From assembly GCF_048403405.1 (NCBI RefSeq), contig NZ_CP183129.1: a stretch of 64,000 bases of DNA; one strand, 5' to 3'. Each line of letters begins with the position of its first letter. The first letter of the stretch is position 1. A program made the position numbers and the translations under genes. The notes beneath the pieces are model-generated. The model was not told the DNA's origin. It saw only the letters and a program-made list of their open reading frames with translations, and did no database searches. Below are positions 55,651 through 64,000 of the stretch, one piece after another. The stretch is from Escherichia coli (lineage in GTDB: Bacteria; Pseudomonadota; Gammaproteobacteria; Enterobacterales; Enterobacteriaceae).

Positions 55651-58600
55651 ACATATTCACGCTTTCTCTCGGTCTGGCCGTCATGCCGATGGTCGAGGCA
55701 GCACCAACCGCTCAGCAACAGTTGCTGGAGCAAGTTCGGTTAGGCGAAGCGACCCATCGTGAAGACCTGGTGCAACAGTCGTTGTATCGTCTGGAACTTA
55801 TTGATCCGAATAACCCGGACGTCGTTGCCGCCCGTTTCCGTTCTCTGTTACGTCAGGGCGATATTGATGGCGCGCAAAAACAGCTCGATCGGCTGTCGCA
55901 GTTAGCGCCGAGTTCAAATGCGTATAAATCGTCGCGGACTACGATGCTGCTTTCCACGCCGGATGGTCGTCAGGCACTGCAACAGGCAAGATTGCAGGCG
56001 ACGACTGGTCATGCAGAAGAAGCTGTGGCGAGTTACAACAAACTGTTCAACGGTGCGCCGCCGGAAGGTGACATTGCCGTCGAGTACTGGAGTACGGTGG
56101 CGAAAATTCCGGCTCGCCGTGGCGAAGCGATTAATCAGCTAAAACGCATTAATGCGGATACGCCGGGCAATACGGGCCTACAAAACAATCTGGCGCTATT
56201 GCTGTTTAGTAGCGATCGCCGTGACGAAGGTTTTGCCGTCCTGGAACAGATGGCGAAATCAAACGCCGGGCGCGAAGGGGCCTCTAAAATCTGGTACGGG
56301 CAGATTAAAGACATGCCCGTCAGCGATGCCAGTGTGTCGGCGCTGAAAAAATATCTCTCGATCTTTAGTGATGGCGATAGCGTAGCTGCGGCGCAATCGC
56401 AACTGGCAGAACAGCAAAAACAGCTGGCCGACCCTGCTTTCCGCGCTCGTGCGCAAGGTTTAGCGGCGGTGGACTCTGGTATGGCGGGTAAAGCCATTCC
56501 CGAACTACAACAGGCAGTGCGGGCGAACCCGAAAGACAGTGAGGCTCTGGGGGCGCTGGGCCAGGCGTATTCTCAGAAAGGCGATCGCGCCAATGCGGTG
56601 GCGAATCTGGAAAAAGCCCTCGCCCTGGATCCGCACAGCAGCAACAACGACAAATGGAACAGTCTCCTGAAAGTAAACCGCTACTGGCTGGCGATCCAGC
56701 AGGGCGATGCTGCGCTGAAAGCCAATAATCCTGACCGGGCAGAACGCCTGTTCCAGCAGGCGCGTAATGTCGATAACACCGACAGCTATGCAGTGCTGGG
56801 GCTGGGCGATGTGGCGATGGCGCGAAAAGATTATCCCGCCGCCGAACGTTATTATCAGCAGACCTTGCGTATGGACAGCGGCAACACTAACGCCGTGCGC
56901 GGGCTGGCAAATATTTACCGCCAGCAATCACCAGAAAAAGCTGAAGCGTTTATCGCCTCGCTCTCTGCCAGTCAGCGGCGTAGCATTGATGATATCGAAC
57001 GCAGCCTACAAAACGACCGTCTGGCACAGCAGGCAGAGGCACTGGAAAACCAGGGCAAATGGGCGCAGGCGGCAGCACTTCAGCGGCAACGACTGGCGCT
57101 GGATCCCGGCAGCGTATGGATTACTTACCGACTTTCGCAGGATCTCTGGCAGGCCGGACAACGCAGCCAGGCTGATACATTAATGCGCAATCTGGCACAG
57201 CAGAAGCCAAACGACCCGGAGCAGGTTTACGCTTACGGGCTGTATCTCTCTGGTCATGACCAGGACAGAGCGGCGCTGGCGCATATCAACAGCCTGCCGC
57301 GCGCGCAGTGGAGCAGCAATATTCAGGAGCTGGTTAATCGACTGCAAAGCGATCAGGTACTGGAAACCGCTAATCGCCTGCGAGAAAGCGGCAAAGAAGC
57401 TGAAGCGGAAGCGATGCTGCGCCAGCAACCACCTTCCACGCGCATAGACCTCACGCTGGCTGACTGGGCGCAACAACGACGTGATTACACCGCCGCTCGC
57501 GCTGCATATAAGAATGTCCTGACGCGGGAGCCAACTAACGCCGATGCCATTCTTGGTCTGACGGAAGTGGATATTGCTGCCGGTGACAAAGCTGCGGCAC
57601 GTAGCCAGCTGGCGAAACTGCCCGCTACCGATAACGCCTCGCTGAACACACAGCGGCGCGTGGCGCTGGCGCAGGCGCAGCTTGGAGATACCGCAGCGGC
57701 GCAGCAGACGTTTAATAAGTTGATCCCGCAGGCAAAATCTCAGCCGCCGTCGATGGAAAGTGCGATGGTGCTGCGCGACGGTGCGAAGTTTGAAGCGCAG
57801 GCGGGCGATCCAACGCAGGCGCTGGAAACCTACAAAGACGCCATGGTTGCATCCGGTGTGACCACGATGCGTCCACAGGATAACGACACCTTTACCCGAC
57901 TGACCCGCAATGACGAGAAAGATGACTGGCTGAAACGCGGCGTGCGCAGCGATGCGGCGGACCTCTATCGTCAGCAGGATCTTAATGTCACCCTCGAGCA
58001 CGATTACTGGGGTTCGAGCGGCACCGGTGGTTACTCCGATCTGAAAGCGCACACCACTATGTTGCAGGTGGATGCGCCGTATTCTGACGGGCGGATGTTC
58101 TTTCGTAGTGATTTCGTCAATATGAACGTCGGCAGTTTTTCCACTAATGCCGATGGCAAATGGGATGACAACTGGGGCACCTGTACATTACAAGACTGTA
58201 GCGGCAACCGCAGCCAGTCGGATTCCGGTGCCAGCGTGGCGGTCGGCTGGCGAAATGACGTCTGGAGCTGGGATATCGGCACCACGCCGATGGGCTTCAA
58301 TGTGGTGGATGTGGTCGGCGGCATCAGTTACAGCGATGATATCGGGCCGCTGGGTTACACCGTTAACGCCCATCGTCGGCCCATCTCCAGTTCTTTGCTG
58401 GCCTTTGGCGGGCAAAAAGACTCCCCGAGCAATACCGGGAAAAAATGGGGCGGCGTGCGTGCCGACGGCGTGGGGCTAAGCCTGAGCTACGATAAAGGTG
58501 AAGCAAACGGCGTCTGGGCATCGCTTAGCGGTGATCAGTTAACCGGTAAAAATGTCGAAGATAACTGGCGCGTGCGCTGGATGACGGGCTATTACTATAA

Positions 58601-59105
58601 GGTCATTAACCAGAACAATCGCCGTGTGACCATTGGTCTTAACAATATGATCTGGCATTACGACAAAGACCTGAGTGGCTACTCACTTGGTCAGGGCGGT
58701 TACTACAGCCCGCAGGAATACCTGTCGTTTGCCATACCGGTGATGTGGCGGGAGCGCACGGAAAACTGGTCGTGGGAGCTGGGGGCGTCTGGCTCGTGGT
58801 CGCATTCACGCACCAAAACCATGCCGCGTTATCCGCTGATGAATCTGATCCCGACCGACTGGCAGGAAGAAGCTGCGCGGCAATCGAACGATGGCGGCAG
58901 CAGTCAGGGCTTTGGCTACACGGCGCGGGCATTACTTGAACGACGTGTTACTTCCAACTGGTTTGTCGGCACGGCAATTGATATCCAGCAGGCGAAAGAT
59001 TACGCACCCAGCCATTTCCTGCTCTACGTACGTTATTCCGCCGCCGGATGGCAGGGTGACATGGATTTACCGCCGCAGCCGCTGATACCTTACGCCGACT
59101 GGTAA
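55632..59105 (+). CDS. bcsC: cellulose synthase outer-membrane subunit BcsC, TPR plus beta-barrel (1157 aa)
   Basis: 1157-aa ORF, signal peptide, TPR-rich N-region; overlaps bcsZ by 19 bp. Confidence 0.9.
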
Positions 59106-59186
59106 GTTTTCAGATAGCGCCTCTCTTAATGCCGCTGCGATCGGGTATACTCGGGCGGCAATCTGGGATTTCCGGGGGGAGACAAT

Positions 59187-61175
59187 TTGCGCGTAAGTCG
59201 CTCGTTAACAATCAAGCAGATGGCAATGGTGGCAGCCGTTGTCCTGGTGTTCGTTTTTATTTTTTGCACCGTTTTGCTGTTCCATCTGGTCCAGCAGAAT
59301 CGCTATAACACGGCTACGCAACTGGAAAGCATTGCTCGCTCTGTCCGCGAACCCTTATCTTCAGCTATTTTGAAAGGCGATATTCCCGAAGCGGAAGCTA
59401 TTCTTGCCAGCATTAAACCGGCAGGCGTGGTCAGCCGTGCCGATGTAGTGCTGCCTAACCAGTTCCAGGCGCTGCGTAAAAGTTTTATTCCAGAGCGTCC
59501 GGTGCCGGTAATGGTTACTCGCCTGTTTGAGCTACCGGTGCAAATCTCGCTGGGCGTCTACTCGCTCGAACGTCCGGCAAATCCGCAGCCAATTGCCTAT
59601 CTGGTGCTACAGGCGGATTCCTTCCGTATGTATAAGTTCGTGATGAGCACCCTCTCAACGTTAGTGACCATTTACTTACTTTTGTCGTTAATATTGACGG
59701 TGGCGATTAGCTGGTGCATTAACCGCCTGATTTTGCATCCGTTACGCAATATTGCTCGCGAACTTAACGCCATCCCTGCCCAGGAGCTTGTTGGTCACCA
59801 ACTGGCATTACCACGTCTGCATCAGGACGATGAAATCGGTATGCTGGTGCGCAGTTACAACCTCAACCAGCAATTGCTGCAGCGCCATTATGAAGAACAG
59901 AACGAAAACGCGATGCGCTTCCCGGTGTCGGATTTGCCGAACAAAGCCTTGCTGATGGAGATGCTGGAGCAGGTTGTCGCGCGTAAACAAACCACCGCGC
60001 TGATGATCATCACCTGTGAAACCCTGCGTGATACTGCGGGCGTGCTGAAAGAGGCGCAACGAGAAATTCTGCTGCTGACGCTGGTGGAAAAACTCAAATC
60101 GGTACTGTCGCCACGTATGATCCTCGCGCAGATTAGCGGTTATGACTTTGCTGTCATTGCCAACGGGGTACAGGAACCGTGGCACGCAATCACTTTAGGT
60201 CAGCAAGTGCTCACTATCATGAGCGAGCGCCTGCCGATTGAACGTATTCAACTCCGTCCGCACTGTAGCATTGGCGTGGCGATGTTCTACGGCGATCTCA
60301 CCGCCGAACAGCTTTATAGTCGCGCTATTTCTGCGGCATTTACCGCTCGCCATAAAGGCAAGAATCAGATTCAGTTCTTTGATCCGCAGCAGATGGAAGC
60401 CGCCCAACAGCGGTTGACGGAAGAGAGCGATATCCTTAATGCACTGGAAAATCATCAGTTTGCGATTTGGTTACAGCCACAGGTCGAGATGACCAGCGGT
60501 AAACTGGTCAGTGCGGAAGTGTTACTGCGTATCCAGCAACCGGATGGCAGTTGGGATCTGCCGGATGGCTTAATCGATCGCATTGAATGCTGTGGGCTGA
60601 TGGTTACCGTTGGTCACTGGGTGCTGGAAGAGTCCTGTCGACTGCTTGCTGCCTGGCAAGAGCGCGGCATTATGCTGCCCTTGTCGGTAAACCTCTCAGC
60701 GCTGCAACTGATGCACCCGAATATGGTGGCGGATATGCTGGAACTGTTAACCCGCTATCGCATTCAGCCGGGAACACTGATTCTGGAAGTGACAGAAAGC
60801 CGACGTATTGACGACCCTCATGCTGCGGTGGCAATCCTCCGTCCGTTGCGTAATGCCGGAGTTCGGGTGGCGCTGGATGATTTCGGCATGGGCTATGCGG
60901 GGCTGCGTCAGCTGCAGCATATGAAATCGTTGCCAATCGACGTGTTAAAAATCGACAAAATGTTTGTTGAAGGCTTGCCGGAAGATAGCAGCATGATTGC
61001 TGCAATTATCATGTTGGCGCAAAGCCTGAACTTACAAATGATTGCCGAAGGCGTGGAGACTGAAGCACAACGCGACTGGCTGGCAAAAGCGGGCGTTGGT
61101 ATTGCCCAGGGCTTCCTTTTTGCTCGCCCACTCCCTATTGAAATCTTCGAAGAGAGTTACCTGGAAGAAAAGTAG
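59187..61175 (+). CDS. pdeK: c-di-GMP phosphodiesterase with degenerate GGDEF and EAL domains (662 aa from a TTG start)
   Basis: N-terminal TM segments then GGDEF-like and EAL ([14 protein letters not shown]) domains; start codon uncertain (TTG at 59187 or internal ATGs at 59220/59226). Confidence 0.8.
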   Translation: MRVSRSLTIKQMAMVAAVVLVFVFIFCTVLLFHLVQQNRYNTATQLESIARSVREPLSSAILKGDIPEAEAILASIKPAGVVSRADVVLPNQFQALRKSFIPERPVPVMVTRLFELPVQISLGVYSLERPANPQPIAYLVLQADSFRMYKFVMSTLSTLVTIYLLLSLILTVAISWCINRLILHPLRNIARELNAIPAQELVGHQLALPRLHQDDEIGMLVRSYNLNQQLLQRHYEEQNENAMRFPVSDLPNKALLMEMLEQVVARKQTTALMIITCETLRDTAGVLKEAQREILLLTLVEKLKSVLSPRMILAQISGYDFAVIANGVQEPWHAITLGQQVLTIMSERLPIERIQLRPHCSIGVAMFYGDLTAEQLYSRAISAAFTARHKGKNQIQFFDPQQMEAAQQRLTEESDILNALENHQFAIWLQPQVEMTSGKLVSAEVLLRIQQPDGSWDLPDGLIDRIECCGLMVTVGHWVLEESCRLLAAWQERGIMLPLSVNLSALQLMHPNMVADMLELLTRYRIQPGTLILEVTESRRIDDPHAAVAILRPLRNAGVRVALDDFGMGYAGLRQLQHMKSLPIDVLKIDKMFVEGLPEDSSMIAAIIMLAQSLNLQMIAEGVETEAQRDWLAKAGVGIAQGFLFARPLPIEIFEESYLEEK

Positions 61176-61321
61176 CTACCCCAAACTGATTACAAAACTT
61201 TAAAAAGTGCTGGTTTGTGCGAGCCAGCTCAAACTTTTTAACCTTTTTGTTTCAATTATGATCCAGGTACATTTCTGTGATGTTGTCTGGGTGTTATTTT
61301 AAGGCCGCAGGTACCCCATAA

Positions 61322-62644
<1,323 letters not shown>

Positions 62645-62863
62645 TCTCACCACTTATGCCCGCACTCCCTTCCCCGAGTGCGGGTGTTTGCGCATAATTG
62701 ACCCCTGTGCCTGAACTTACCACCTGGGTGAGTTCAGGTTTATTTCACTTCTTCCGTGACATTTTCATGTTCTTGCGGTCTAACACGAAGTGTTTTTAAC
62801 GTCATTTAGACTGACCGACAACGGGCAGTTTTTTATTACCAGGATAGTTGATCAGGGGTTCAC

Positions 62864-64000
62864 ATGCAGGGCACAAAAATTCGACTTTTAGCGGGCGGTT
62901 TGCTGATGATGGCCACTGCTGGCTATGTGCAGGCAGATGCGCTCCAGCCTGATCCAGCATGGCAACAGGGGACGCTTTCCAACGGTTTACAGTGGCAAGT
63001 GCTGACCACGCCCCAGCGTCCCAGCGATCGTGTTGAAATTCGCCTGCTGGTTAATACCGGTTCGCTCGCCGAAAGTACACAACAGAGCGGTTACAGCCAC
63101 GCCATCCCTCGTATTGCGTTAACGCAAAGCGGTGGCCTTGAAGCAGCACAGGCGCGTTCATTGTGGCAGCAGGGGATCGACCCTAAACGCCCGATGCCGC
63201 CGGTAATTGTCTCTTATGACACCACGCTGTTTAATCTGAGTTTGCCCAATAACCGTAACGACTTGCTGAAAGAAGCGCTCTCTTATCTGGCAAATGCCAC
63301 TGGCAAACTGACTATCACGCCAGAAACCATCAACCACGCGCTGCAAAGTCAGGACATGGTGGCAACCTGGCCTGCCGATACTAAAGAGGGCTGGTGGCGC
63401 TATCGTCTGAAAGGATCAACCTTGTTAGGTCACGATCCTGCCGATCCGCTGAAACAACCCGTTGAAGCGGAAAAGATTAAAGATTTCTATCAGAAATGGT
63501 ACACCCCGGATGCAATGACGCTGCTGGTGGTGGGAAACGTGGATGCGCGCTCGGTCGTCGACCAAATCAATAAAACGTTTGGCGAACTGAAAGGCAAACG
63601 TGAAACACCGGCTCCGGTGCCGACGCTTTCTCCGCTGCGTGCGGAAGCGGTGAGTATTATGACTGACGCGGTGCGTCAGGACCGATTATCTATTATGTGG
63701 GATACGCCGTGGCAGCCGATTCGTGAATCAGCCGCACTGCTGCGCTACTGGCGTGCGGACCTGGCCCGTGAGGCGCTGTTCTGGCATGTTCAGCAAGCGT
63801 TAAGCGCCAATAACAGCAAAGACATCGGTCTTGGATTTGACTGCCGTGTGCTGTATCTGCGTGCGCAGTGTGCCATCAACATCGAATCACCAAACGACAA
63901 GCTGAACAGCAACCTTAATCTGGTGGCGCGTGAGCTGGCGAAGGTTCGCGATAAAGGTCTGCCGGAAGAGGAGTTCAATGCGTTAGTGGCGCAAAAGAAA
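62864..64000 (+). CDS. yhjJ: M16-family zinc peptidase-like periplasmic protein, truncated at window end
   Basis: ATG at 62864, signal peptide MQGTKIRLLAGGLLMMATAGYVQA; frame open to the window end. Confidence 0.75.
   Translation, partial: MQGTKIRLLAGGLLMMATAGYVQADALQPDPAWQQGTLSNGLQWQVLTTPQRPSDRVEIRLLVNTGSLAESTQQSGYSHAIPRIALTQSGGLEAAQARSLWQQGIDPKRPMPPVIVSYDTTLFNLSLPNNRNDLLKEALSYLANATGKLTITPETINHALQSQDMVATWPADTKEGWWRYRLKGSTLLGHDPADPLKQPVEAEKIKDFYQKWYTPDAMTLLVVGNVDARSVVDQINKTFGELKGKRETPAPVPTLSPLRAEAVSIMTDAVRQDRLSIMWDTPWQPIRESAALLRYWRADLAREALFWHVQQALSANNSKDIGLGFDCRVLYLRAQCAINIESPNDKLNSNLNLVARELAKVRDKGLPEEEFNALVAQKK

Noticed and set aside
57180-58052. 290-codon minus-strand ORF inside bcsC (and similar antisense ORFs in bcsA/bcsB, e.g. 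51132..51713, 50166..50741)
   Set aside because: Antisense shadow ORFs within the bcs operon; sense-strand products are the recognised proteins.

Overview
The window is a contiguous stretch of Escherichia coli chromosome, read in the opposite orientation to the usual K-12 map. It is conserved, well-characterised core genome; I found no novel multi-gene system, and every long ORF maps to a known E. coli gene family. Gene order: yiaL' (partial) - yiaK - yiaJ - ysaA - avtA - malS - bax - xylR - xylHGF / xylAB - yiaB - yiaA - wecH - ysaB - glyQS - IS150 - mokA/hokA - cspA - yiaG - yiaF - ghrB - yiaD - bisC - yiaC - tag - yhjY - yhjX - eptB - proK - dppABCDF - yhjV - three tandem ldr/rdl units - bcsGFE / bcsRQABZC - pdeK - dctA - yhjJ' (partial). 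Gene names are from recalled protein sequences and synteny, not a database search. The points worth a second look are lesions and small accessory elements: (1) a 1-bp homopolymer contraction splitting xylB; (2) a 1-bp homopolymer contraction splitting bcsA, while bcsQ codon 6 is an intact TTG; (3) three tandem 483-bp LDR (ldr/rdl type I toxin-antitoxin) units whose leader hairpin loops differ between copies; (4) a complete 1443-bp IS150 with a 3-bp target duplication, 16 bp upstream of mokA/hokA; (5) two tandem 168-bp repeats after tRNA-Pro, each ending in a copy of the tRNA 3' end. The two frameshifts may be sequencing artefacts, since both sit in homopolymer runs.
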